Shown piece by piece: positions 24,003 through 32,333 of a DNA stretch of 34,052 nucleotides. The translations under genes and the position numbers were made by a program. Positions within the stretch are counted from its first letter, which is position 1; the number at the start of each line of letters is the position of its first letter. Where the stretch lies: NCBI GenBank assembly GCA_043800105.1, contig JAZDNJ010000047.1, positions 1 through 34,052 of the forward strand. The letters are read 5' to 3'. The notes under the pieces were generated by a model. It saw nothing but the letters and a program-made list of their open reading frames with translations, was not told the DNA's origin and made no database searches. Source of the stretch: Patescibacteria group bacterium. GTDB taxonomy: Bacteria; Patescibacteriota; Gracilibacteria; UM-FILTER-43-11.

Positions 24003-24986
24003 ATGTATGCCATTCTTGTTTCCATCGCGCTGGCCATTTATACCATCATTCTGGTGGATTTTGGTTTGTTGTTTCAGGAAATCTCCGTAAATGCCGACAT
24101 GCTCACCTCCTCTCAGGCTTTGTACACGGCGGAAGGCGTGGTCGAAAATACTTTTTCGCTGATCGGGGACGGCGACATCATCACCCGCAATATCAGATTC
24201 GCCGACGAAATGCAGAATTCGCCAGATGATCTTGGTAAGGCTTATTTATCCTACAACGAAGGCGCGGATTCCTTTTATGTTCAGCGCGGGCTTTCGCTCA
24301 GTGCGGAAGACTTAAAAGCGTCTGACGCTTACGTCAGTAGTAATCGGGTCGTGCGCAGCGCCGCCTACCTGGCGGACGGTCAGACACTCGACCAGACCGC
24401 TTATTACGGCCTTGAACCGCGCTCGGCCAAGGGCTTTGCCTTCCGCGAGGTCAAAGACGGCGACAACTTCAACGAGATCATTTTCGAATATGACGCATCG
24501 GGTGAAACGTCCGGGATGCTCTTCGAGGTTTTTGCCTTCCCGCGTGAGGGGGCAAATATCGATTTTCTGGATTTTGAGAAGCTCAAGAATGATTTTGACG
24601 GCCCGGTGCAGAGGATCGCAATCAATACCAAAGACACTTCAAAGAATGGCATCGCGGTGCCCACAGGAGGCCAGCCCATGTCGATCAGCTACGGAAGTTA
24701 CGCAGGTGATTACGGCAGGCGGATTATCCTTTCGGGATTTGAGCCCATGAATAAAAACTACCTGCTTCATTTCCAGACTCTCGACAATCAGCAGGTTCAC
24801 TATATGCTGTCCGCCACCTATCAGGGTCAGCGGGTCATGCTTCCCGGCATGATGCAGACCATCGATATCATCGGCGCCACTCCGGGCGGCCTTTATCAGC
24901 GTGTAAAATATCAGCGCCAGACCGAAGAAGAACTTCAGCCGGGCCTGAAATTTGTTCATTTCGGCGACCAGATCATCAATAAATAA
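24003..24986 (+). CDS. PilX-like non-canonical minor pilin
   Basis: It has an N-terminal hydrophobic helix without a prepilin cleavage motif (MYAILVSIALAIYTIILVDFGLLF). This is followed by SSQALYTAEGVVE, which resembles the PilX_N / GspK A-x-x-AE-x-G signature. It lies directly after the minor pilins. Confidence 0.35.
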   Translation: MYAILVSIALAIYTIILVDFGLLFQEISVNADMLTSSQALYTAEGVVENTFSLIGDGDIITRNIRFADEMQNSPDDLGKAYLSYNEGADSFYVQRGLSLSAEDLKASDAYVSSNRVVRSAAYLADGQTLDQTAYYGLEPRSAKGFAFREVKDGDNFNEIIFEYDASGETSGMLFEVFAFPREGANIDFLDFEKLKNDFDGPVQRIAINTKDTSKNGIAVPTGGQPMSISYGSYAGDYGRRIILSGFEPMNKNYLLHFQTLDNQQVHYMLSATYQGQRVMLPGMMQTIDIIGATPGGLYQRVKYQRQTEEELQPGLKFVHFGDQIINK

Positions 24987-24987
24987 T

Positions 24988-26850
24988 ATGAAACACCTGA
25001 CTCGCAAAAGAATCGGAATCTTTGCCACTTTACTGTTTTTTCTTATATTCGCGACGGTCAAAGCCGCCACCGGTTATTCGGTAACGGAATATGAAATGGA
25101 TGTCAGTGCTTTTCCGGCCGTGAAGCTGAAGTTAAAGGTGAGCGGTGAAACCAACGGTCTGGCGGCGAGGAATATCGCCATTCAGGAACGGGGTCACGAG
25201 TTAAATGGCCCGCTCATCTGGCTGCCACCGGCTTTGCCAACGAACAAAATCGACCTCGTTATTTTGCGGGACCGTAGCGAAAATGCCGCAAGATACGAAG
25301 AAGTGATTCAGAATAAGCTTGATGAGCTGATGAATTATTTTGAAGAAAAGGGAGTGGAGGTGACAGTGCATCTGAACAATTCCGAATCGGGGACATCCCG
25401 AAAGGTTGACGGACTCAAAAGAATAAGCGATTTAGCCGCTCAAAGTACCGGAGCCGGAGCGGAAAAAATCCTTCTTATTTTAAATGCCACCCCGTTTAAT
25501 GAGGGGGGGAATGAAACGACAAATACAATCAGCGCCACTGTAGGAAAACTCGCGGAAAAAGGCTTTAAGCCTTTTGTGGTGGGCTACCCCTTCAGAAGTC
25601 TGCACTCTCCCAAGAGCGCGAAAACAAATGACAACAGCTTAAGCCATGCCATACCCGGAGGTTATCTGGGTTCCTTTTCGTCGGATCTGACAATTTTATA
25701 TGACCTTCTGCAGGGGCGTGATATCAGTCATTTTACTCTTTATTACACGTCAGATCTGATGCCATCCGAGGCCTCCGGAGCGTCCGTGAGTTTTTTTGTC
25801 TTCGGAAACGCGGCCGGTTCGTTTAATTATCCCTCCATCAGTACCGCCCAGCCTGTCATTACCCATTTAACGGGCAGCTCAGTCATGAGCGGCGAAGCCC
25901 TGCCCATTCAGGTTGAAGTAGACCCGGCCGGCAAAATGGTCAGCGAAGTGGAACTTTCGTATCGGGATAAGAATGGTGATTTTCAGACAAATCTTCTTAA
26001 AGTTGCCCGCAGTAAAAGTACGCCGGACGCCCTGATCTTCGAAGGTACAATACCGGAAGGGGATTATTCCGAAAAAGGCGTGGATTATTATGCGAAAGTC
26101 TATACTCCTTACGACGAAGTCGGTGGCGGGGGCGACATGGTAAACGTCGACGTTCAGATGATAGATGACGGCATCACGCTGACGCCGACCCTCGTCAACA
26201 AAAAAGAGGTTCTGTGGCATTGGAAGGGTAAGACCGTCGACATGGGGACCCAATTCGAAATCTGGTCCGGAGACGAGCTGATTAAAGGCGGCTTAACAGA
26301 CCGCTATTACACCATCCCCATTACCGAGTGCGATCGTTATCAGAGTGTCAGAGTGCGGGCTCTGCTCAAAAAAACCGCCGACCATCCGCGGGCGGGTGAC
26401 TGGAGCCTGTTTTCCAGGCCAGTGGAATATTATTACGGCGACGAAAGCGCTTCTCAGGACTCTTTTACAGAAGCCTTTGGCGTGGGGAAAATGGTGGAAT
26501 GTCTCAAAAAAAGCGCTTATAAAACAACTGCGGCCTTTATTGTCGGTCAGAAGGGTTACAAACCTGCCGGCAAACTGACTTTAAACAGGACGCTTTATTA
26601 CCTGACAGCCATTCTGAAGCAGACCGCGCTGAGTGAAGCCCGTTCAGATCGATACGGCCTGCTTTATCTGTTTATGGATTATATAAGTCAGGAGGATTAC
26701 GACACTTTTGACCTGAGCGGAAAGCTGATTCCGGTAAAACTGCTGTACAAAGTCATCGCCCTGGCAAATCAAACCACCGATCTGGATATCCTGTATAAAG
26801 ATTCCATGAATGAATTATCCATCCGGCTCCGGGGCAATACATCGATTTAG
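24988..26850 (+). CDS. 620-aa secreted protein, the last gene of the pilus operon, possibly with a degenerate vWA-like N-terminal domain
   Basis: It has a signal peptide (MKHLTRKRIGIFATLLFFLIFATVKAATG). The segment KIDLVILRDRSENAARY resembles a vWA beta1 strand with a degenerate MIDAS motif (D-x-S-x-N). The start is set at ATG 24988. Confidence 0.4.
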   Translation: MKHLTRKRIGIFATLLFFLIFATVKAATGYSVTEYEMDVSAFPAVKLKLKVSGETNGLAARNIAIQERGHELNGPLIWLPPALPTNKIDLVILRDRSENAARYEEVIQNKLDELMNYFEEKGVEVTVHLNNSESGTSRKVDGLKRISDLAAQSTGAGAEKILLILNATPFNEGGNETTNTISATVGKLAEKGFKPFVVGYPFRSLHSPKSAKTNDNSLSHAIPGGYLGSFSSDLTILYDLLQGRDISHFTLYYTSDLMPSEASGASVSFFVFGNAAGSFNYPSISTAQPVITHLTGSSVMSGEALPIQVEVDPAGKMVSEVELSYRDKNGDFQTNLLKVARSKSTPDALIFEGTIPEGDYSEKGVDYYAKVYTPYDEVGGGGDMVNVDVQMIDDGITLTPTLVNKKEVLWHWKGKTVDMGTQFEIWSGDELIKGGLTDRYYTIPITECDRYQSVRVRALLKKTADHPRAGDWSLFSRPVEYYYGDESASQDSFTEAFGVGKMVECLKKSAYKTTAAFIVGQKGYKPAGKLTLNRTLYYLTAILKQTALSEARSDRYGLLYLFMDYISQEDYDTFDLSGKLIPVKLLYKVIALANQTTDLDILYKDSMNELSIRLRGNTSI

Positions 26851-27326
26851 AAAAGTCTGTAAATAGTCGAATCACCAAAACCGCGATTTTTCAGAAAATT
26901 CACCAGTTTTTGCTTCTTTTTCCGCTCATCGGCCTCATGCAGCACCCGCTCTTTTTCCAGAACCGCTCTTTTAGCCGCTTCCAGTTCGCTCCAGCCGGCG
27001 TCCAGAAGCACCTGTTCCACAGCTTCTGAACCAAGCCCACGTTTTTTGGCTTCCATCATAAGTTTAAAGCGGCCAATAGGTTTTTGGATCATATAATGAA
27101 CGAATTCCTCAGTGAAGCGGCGGTCGTTTAAAAGCTGGACCCGTTCCATTTCATCGATCACCGTTAAAATCGTACCTCGTTCACCCGGAAACTTTTCCGT
27201 CAGTTTGCGCGTTAACTCCGCTTTACTGTGGCTTCGTGTTTCCAGTTTTTTTAAAGCGGATTCCCAGATTTGGTCGGAAGTGCTTTTCACGCTAAAATAA
27301 AAGCATGACTCCGGATAAAAGTCCAA
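26847..27326 (-). CDS. recX: RecA regulator RecX
   Basis: It has the RecX three-repeat helical pattern: SHSKAELTRKLTEKF...ILTVIDEMERVQLLNDRRFTEEFV...GRFKLMMEAKKRGL...KKKQKLVNFLKNRGFGDSTI. An alternative GTG start at 27290 would remove the overlap with the divergent gene. Confidence 0.75.
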   Translation of the reverse strand: MDFYPESCFYFSVKSTSDQIWESALKKLETRSHSKAELTRKLTEKFPGERGTILTVIDEMERVQLLNDRRFTEEFVHYMIQKPIGRFKLMMEAKKRGLGSEAVEQVLLDAGWSELEAAKRAVLEKERVLHEADERKKKQKLVNFLKNRGFGDSTIYRLF

Positions 27327-29344
27327 AAGAACGTGGCAGCCTGAAAATAAAACCGCTTAGCGGAAAGTTTTTTGATATTAAGCCGGCCGAATCAGGTAAC
27401 AACCCGCCAAGATTTACCAGACACGGTGATTTTTTCCGTTTTGCCATGGTGACCCTAATCGCCTTTTTGATTTTGGGATTGGGTAATGCTTATGTGCTGG
27501 GGCGCGATATGGTTTTCGAAAGTCAGGAGGCGGCCTATGAGGGCTACGGAAATATAAAAATGGGCACAGACAGCCTGCTTGCCGGGGACGCCGCCAAAGC
27601 GAAGGAATATTTTTCAAAAGCGGAATCCTCGTTTTACGAACTCAGTCAGACCGCTGAGCCTTTAACGTCGCAAAAAAATCACCTTCTGGCCGAAAGCCTT
27701 TATCTGGACACCGCGGACAAACTGATTGAGGGCGCGCTGGAAGTGACTCAAATAGGACAACAGCTGGCCGACCTGATACAGAGTTTTTCCGGGCTTCCGC
27801 AGGCGGTTTTTTCGGTCGCCGGCGGTGAGGACGGGGGACTCATTGAAGCACTGCAGGCGCGCAAAACGTCCTCCGACAAAATCCTGGCCCTGGCAGCTTC
27901 GCTCCAGCGGAAAATGACTACGCTGAATGACCGCGTGTTGCCGGATGAGCTGAAAGATAAAATTATTTCCGCACGCAGTCAGGTCGCTCAGCTGATAGCC
28001 GGGCTCCTGGAAGTGGATAACAATTTTGATGTCATTCTGCGCCTCTTGGGCGACAAAATGCCACATCGTTACCTGATTTTACTGCAAAATAATCATGAAC
28101 TCCGTGCCACAGGAGGTTTTATCGGCAGTTACCTTTTAGTGGACATCAATGACGGAAAAATCAGCAAAATGGAAGCGAAAGATATCTACGAAACCGATGG
28201 TCAGCTGCAGGATGTTGTAAGTCCGCCGCCGGGAATAGACCGGGTTGCTGGCCGGCTTTACATGCGCGATGCCAATTACAGTCCCGACTTCCCGACAAGC
28301 GCCCAAAGCATCATGTGGTTTCTGGAGCATAGCAGAGGTCCATCCGTCGATACCGTTATTGCCATAGATCAGAGCGTGGTCGAAGACCTGCTTAAGCTGA
28401 CCGGTCCGCTGGTGCTTCCTGACTTTCCTTTTCAGGTAAAGGCCGGTAACTTCAGCGACATTGTTTCATTTTATACCGAGGCCAAACTAAGCGATTCGGT
28501 CACCCCCAAACAACTCCTTTTTGATCTGATCCCGGTCTTTCAGGGGAAATTCGCGAACCTGAAAGAGACGGAAGAATTATTGGATGTTGGTATAGGATTG
28601 GTCAAAAAAGGGCATATTCAGGCTTATTCCGCTGATCCGAAGGTACAGGATCTGATCGTCCGCGCCGGGATGGACGGCGGCATGACAGAGTCTGAAGCGA
28701 AAACTGATTACCTTTCCGTCATCACCACATCAGTTGGCGGAAACAAGAGCGATCAGTATATCAAAACCAACCTCCGTCATCGCAGTGTGGTCGGTAAAAA
28801 GGGGCAAATTGAGGATGAGCTGACCATCAAAAAAACCCACACATTTTCTGAATCAGATAAAACAAAGATTCAGAATCTTATTGATCGCTACGGCACCGGG
28901 AAACTCAGTGAAGAATCACTGTTTTTTATTCTGGGGGAAGGGCCGAATATAGATTACATGCGGGTTTATGTGCCCAAAGGCAGTCAGCTCCAGGACGCCT
29001 CAGGAATCGCCCTTTCCGCTATCGGAGTTTCCGAAGATATTGGTTATACCGTTTTCGCTTTCACTTACGGCCCGATAAAGGCAGGAGATTCACAGGAAAT
29101 CACACTTCGTTACACGCTCCCTTTCAGACTTTCGTCTTCACTATTTGAAAGCTACCGATTTATTGCCCGGCACCAGGCCGGCGCCGAAAATATGGCTCTG
29201 AAAAAAGAAATCGTAATGACAGGCTCACCACAGACAGGCGGAAGCTACCAGGCCACGGATAATGCATTCACGTCAGCACCTATTCTTGAAACCGAATTTG
29301 ACAGCGATCAGATATTTATGTCATCCATCAGCGCCGGACTGTGA
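27305..29344 (+). CDS. DUF4012-domain membrane-anchored protein
   Basis: It has an N-terminal TM helix (FAMVTLIAFLILGLGNAYVLG). It carries the hallmark LLQNNHELRATGGFIGSYLLVDINDGKI, which matches the DUF4012 N-x-E-x-R-x-TGG-x-x-G-S-Y signature. Confidence 0.7.
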   Translation: MTPDKSPKERGSLKIKPLSGKFFDIKPAESGNNPPRFTRHGDFFRFAMVTLIAFLILGLGNAYVLGRDMVFESQEAAYEGYGNIKMGTDSLLAGDAAKAKEYFSKAESSFYELSQTAEPLTSQKNHLLAESLYLDTADKLIEGALEVTQIGQQLADLIQSFSGLPQAVFSVAGGEDGGLIEALQARKTSSDKILALAASLQRKMTTLNDRVLPDELKDKIISARSQVAQLIAGLLEVDNNFDVILRLLGDKMPHRYLILLQNNHELRATGGFIGSYLLVDINDGKISKMEAKDIYETDGQLQDVVSPPPGIDRVAGRLYMRDANYSPDFPTSAQSIMWFLEHSRGPSVDTVIAIDQSVVEDLLKLTGPLVLPDFPFQVKAGNFSDIVSFYTEAKLSDSVTPKQLLFDLIPVFQGKFANLKETEELLDVGIGLVKKGHIQAYSADPKVQDLIVRAGMDGGMTESEAKTDYLSVITTSVGGNKSDQYIKTNLRHRSVVGKKGQIEDELTIKKTHTFSESDKTKIQNLIDRYGTGKLSEESLFFILGEGPNIDYMRVYVPKGSQLQDASGIALSAIGVSEDIGYTVFAFTYGPIKAGDSQEITLRYTLPFRLSSSLFESYRFIARHQAGAENMALKKEIVMTGSPQTGGSYQATDNAFTSAPILETEFDSDQIFMSSISAGL

Positions 29345-29346
29345 AA

Positions 29347-29970
29347 TTATCCGTATTTAGCGCAAATCGGACAGGCGTCCTTTTTGTGTCGCAGGGCGGG
29401 ACAATGCTCTCTGCCAAAAAAAATCATCTGCAGATGAAGTTTTCGCCAGCGCTCTTTGGGGAATATTTTTTTCAAATCCCGTTCCGTTTGTGTCACAGAC
29501 CTTCCATTGCTCAGTCCCCAACGATGAGCCAGCCGATGAATATGGGTATCCACCGGAAAAGCGGGCTGATAGAAGGCCTGCGCCATAATAACCGAAGCCG
29601 TTTTATGGCCAACGCCCGGTAAACTTTCCAAGTCTTTAAAATTGTCGGGCACCTTACCGCCGAACTCTTCCGCCAGCTTTCGGCTGAGTGCCTGAATGTT
29701 CCTGGCTTTGGCAGGGGACAGGCCTATCGGCTTAATAATCTCCCGAATCTTTTCCACCGGCAGCTTCATCATTTTTTTCGGCGTGTCAGCCAGTTTAAAA
29801 AGCGCTGGCGTGAACTTATTCACCACCTTATCTGTCGCTCGTGCCGAAAGCAGTACCGCCACCAGAAAAGTGAAATGATTGTTTTTCTTATGTTTCAAAG
29901 GAATCGGCGCTTTTGGATAAAGCCGGTCCAATATTTCCATGATTTTTACAACCTTTTCTCGTTTGGTCAT
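29347..29970 (-). CDS. nth: Endonuclease III (HhH-GPD base excision DNA glycosylase)
   Basis: It has the HhH-GPD motif LESLPGVGHKTASVIM with the catalytic Lys, and FPVDTHIHRLAHRWGL with the catalytic Asp. The C-terminal Cys cluster is CPALRHKKDACPIC. Confidence 0.85.
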   Translation of the reverse strand: MTKREKVVKIMEILDRLYPKAPIPLKHKKNNHFTFLVAVLLSARATDKVVNKFTPALFKLADTPKKMMKLPVEKIREIIKPIGLSPAKARNIQALSRKLAEEFGGKVPDNFKDLESLPGVGHKTASVIMAQAFYQPAFPVDTHIHRLAHRWGLSNGRSVTQTERDLKKIFPKERWRKLHLQMIFFGREHCPALRHKKDACPICAKYG

Positions 29971-29999
29971 TATGGCTAAGGGGTCTCTTTTTGGTCGCT

Positions 30000-30030
30000 A
30001 TACAAATTGATGTCACTGAGACATGTATTT
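30000..30030. repeat. Copy 1 of a 31-nt direct repeat, ATACAAATTGATGTCACTGAGACATGTATTT
   Basis: It is identical to 30085-30115. It contains the internal palindrome ATGTC-ACTGA-GACAT and the flanking ATACA...TGTAT. Confidence 0.9.
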
Positions 30031-30084
30031 TCACTAATAAAATTTCTATTTTGGCTTATTTAAGCTATTTTCATTTCTTTGATG

Positions 30085-30115
30085 ATACAAATTGATGTCA
30101 CTGAGACATGTATTT
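30085..30115. repeat. Copy 2 of the 31-nt direct repeat
   Basis: It is identical to 30000-30030. The two copies start 85 nt apart, in the aroE-nth intergenic region. Confidence 0.9.
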
Positions 30116-30135
30116 GTATAATGCGTCTGGGTAGA

Positions 30136-30960
30136 CTATGCCCCCCCAATCTTCAATTCCTCATAAAGCGCCCTTTCCATCACTTCAAAGGGAGCTGGTT
30201 TATCAAGCCAAATCTCAAACTGTCCCGCCGCCTGATGCAGAAGCATGCGTTCGCCGCTGATTGTTTCTGCCCCGGCCTTCCTGGCTTCTTTTAGCAGCTG
30301 CGTATCACGCGGATGAGTGACAATGTCCATGACCACAGAACCCTTTTTGATCTGGTCAGCTTTCAGCAGGCTTTCTTCTGTGTTCTGGAACATGCCCACG
30401 GGCGTGGCATTCACAATAATGTCAAAACCGGCTTCCTTAATCTTACGGAAATCAATTACTTCTGCATCAAACCATTTGGCAAGCGTTTTGGCCTTATCGG
30501 GAGTGCGGTTAAACACAAAAACTTCGGCTCCGAATTCCCGTAAAGCGTAAATAATGGCCCGCGCAGCACCTCCGGCACCGAGTACCAGTGCCTTTTTCCC
30601 TTTAATTTTCGCCTTTTCCTGAAGCGCTTTAATAGCTCCGGTTACATCCGTGTTATAGCCGTTCAGATTGAAATCTTCGTTTTTCACCGTGTTCACAGAA
30701 GAGACTTCTTTCGCCAGCACATCCAGATTATCCATGTAGTCCATAATGGCTTCCTTGTAGGGCATGGTTACACTAAAGCCGGAAATGCCTTTAAGATCGG
30801 TTTCATAGCAAAAATTAGCCAGGTCTTCCGGATTTACCGGGTCAATATCAAAATACCTGTACTCGGCATCAATGCCTTCCGCCTTAAAAGCCGCGTTATG
30901 CATAACAGGACTTAATGAGTGTTCGACCGGATGCCCCACAATTCCATAGATTTTTTTCAT
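30136..30960 (-). CDS. aroE: Shikimate dehydrogenase
   Basis: It has IYGIVGHPVEHSLSPVMHNAAF (the shikimate-binding motif), the NAD(P) Rossmann motif VLGAGGAARAI, and NTD. The start is set at ATG 30960, which forms an ATGA overlap with the hisS stop. ATG 30969 is an alternative. Confidence 0.9.
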   Translation of the reverse strand: MKKIYGIVGHPVEHSLSPVMHNAAFKAEGIDAEYRYFDIDPVNPEDLANFCYETDLKGISGFSVTMPYKEAIMDYMDNLDVLAKEVSSVNTVKNEDFNLNGYNTDVTGAIKALQEKAKIKGKKALVLGAGGAARAIIYALREFGAEVFVFNRTPDKAKTLAKWFDAEVIDFRKIKEAGFDIIVNATPVGMFQNTEESLLKADQIKKGSVVMDIVTHPRDTQLLKEARKAGAETISGERMLLHQAAGQFEIWLDKPAPFEVMERALYEELKIGGA

Positions 30961-32267
30961 TCTTCCCACAATTTCTTACTGGACAGCTTCTTTTCGCCGA
31001 GCAGGGTTTTCATCTTTTCAACAACACCTTCATATGGAATAATTTCCTGACTGCCCTTTTCCATGTTACGCAGAATAATAGTTCCTTCCTGCACTTCTAT
31101 CTGCCCAAGAATCAAACTATATTTGGCATTTAGCTTATCGGCCAGTCCCATCTGCCCCTTCATCGAAGACTTCCCGATGGCGCCAACTGTGTTTATACCA
31201 AGATCCCTGAGTTCGTTGATCAAAGACAATGACTTCTTTTTGGCTACCAGTCCCAGTTGTGCCACAAAAACCTCTACCTTGTCTTTGTTGGGCGGCCGGA
31301 TGCCGGTCTCTTTCATGTATTCCACAATACGCTCCATACCGGCCGCGTAGCCGATAGCCGGTGTGCTTTCACCACCCATTAGCTCAACCAGGCCGTCGTA
31401 GCGTCCGCCGCCGCCGGTGGCGTTCTGTGAGCCCTCTTTCTTGCTCCAGAATTCAAAAACGGTATGAGTATAATAGTCCAGTCCGCGAACCAGCGTGTGG
31501 TTGAGTTCATATTTCACCCCCAGTTCATCCAGATATTCTTGCAGAAGTCTGAAATGTTCTTTGCTTTCCTCGCTCAGTACGCTTTCCAGTTTGGGAGCCA
31601 TGGAAGCCAGAATCTGGCAATCCTCCTCCTTGCAGTCCAGCAGGCGCATTGGATTTTCGTGCATGCGGCGCTTGCAGTCCTCGCACAAACTGCGTTCCTT
31701 GCCGGTATAGTAGTTCACCAGATCTTCGCGGAACTGTTTTCGGTCCTCACTGCTGCCAATGGTGTTCAGCTGAAGGGTAAGGCGGTCCGCTATACCAAGA
31801 TCATAATTGATGCGATGGGAAATATAGATCACCTGCGCGTCGATGGCCGGATCAGCCTCGCCCAGCACTTCAAAACCGAACTGATAAAACTGCCTGTAAC
31901 GTCCTTTTTGAGGGCGATTGTAACGGAAATGAGGCTCAATGTAATAAAACTCCACAGGTTTCGGCAGATTAGAAAGGCCGTGTTCCAGATAAGCCCGAAC
32001 CACTCCGGCTGTTCCCTCCGGCTTAAGGGCGAATTTTTTTCCGCTTTTACTTTCAAACATAAACATCTCCTTTTCCACAATGTCCGAAGTTTCACCGATA
32101 CTCCTTTTAAAAACCTCCACATCTTCAAACATGGGAGTAGAAATACGGCGAAAACCTGCCCGCCGGCAATGATGCCTAACAACTTTTTTTATAAAGGAAA
32201 AATAAAGGTGATCATCCGGCAGAATATCGTGAACACCTTTTGGTGATTGGTATCTTGGCTGGGACAT
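30957..32267 (-). CDS. hisS: Histidyl-tRNA synthetase
   Basis: It has PKGVHDILP, the class II motif 2 (FRYNRPQKGRYRQFYQFGFEVLG), motif 3 (GGGGRYDGLV) and a C-terminal anticodon-binding domain. Confidence 0.93.
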   Translation of the reverse strand: MSQPRYQSPKGVHDILPDDHLYFSFIKKVVRHHCRRAGFRRISTPMFEDVEVFKRSIGETSDIVEKEMFMFESKSGKKFALKPEGTAGVVRAYLEHGLSNLPKPVEFYYIEPHFRYNRPQKGRYRQFYQFGFEVLGEADPAIDAQVIYISHRINYDLGIADRLTLQLNTIGSSEDRKQFREDLVNYYTGKERSLCEDCKRRMHENPMRLLDCKEEDCQILASMAPKLESVLSEESKEHFRLLQEYLDELGVKYELNHTLVRGLDYYTHTVFEFWSKKEGSQNATGGGGRYDGLVELMGGESTPAIGYAAGMERIVEYMKETGIRPPNKDKVEVFVAQLGLVAKKKSLSLINELRDLGINTVGAIGKSSMKGQMGLADKLNAKYSLILGQIEVQEGTIILRNMEKGSQEIIPYEGVVEKMKTLLGEKKLSSKKLWEE

Positions 32268-32333
32268 AGAAAAATATAAGAAGGACTTAAATCATCTTAC
32301 CACAAAATTTTTCTGACGCAAAGATCTGTTTAC

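Noticed and set aside
30000-30115. A possible CRISPR array
   Set aside because: There are only two repeat copies, the single 54-nt AT-rich spacer is too long, and no cas genes are present. I recorded it as an intergenic direct repeat instead.
31464-32246. 260-aa ORF antisense to hisS
   Set aside because: It is a shadow ORF opposite a gene that carries all the class II HisRS motifs.
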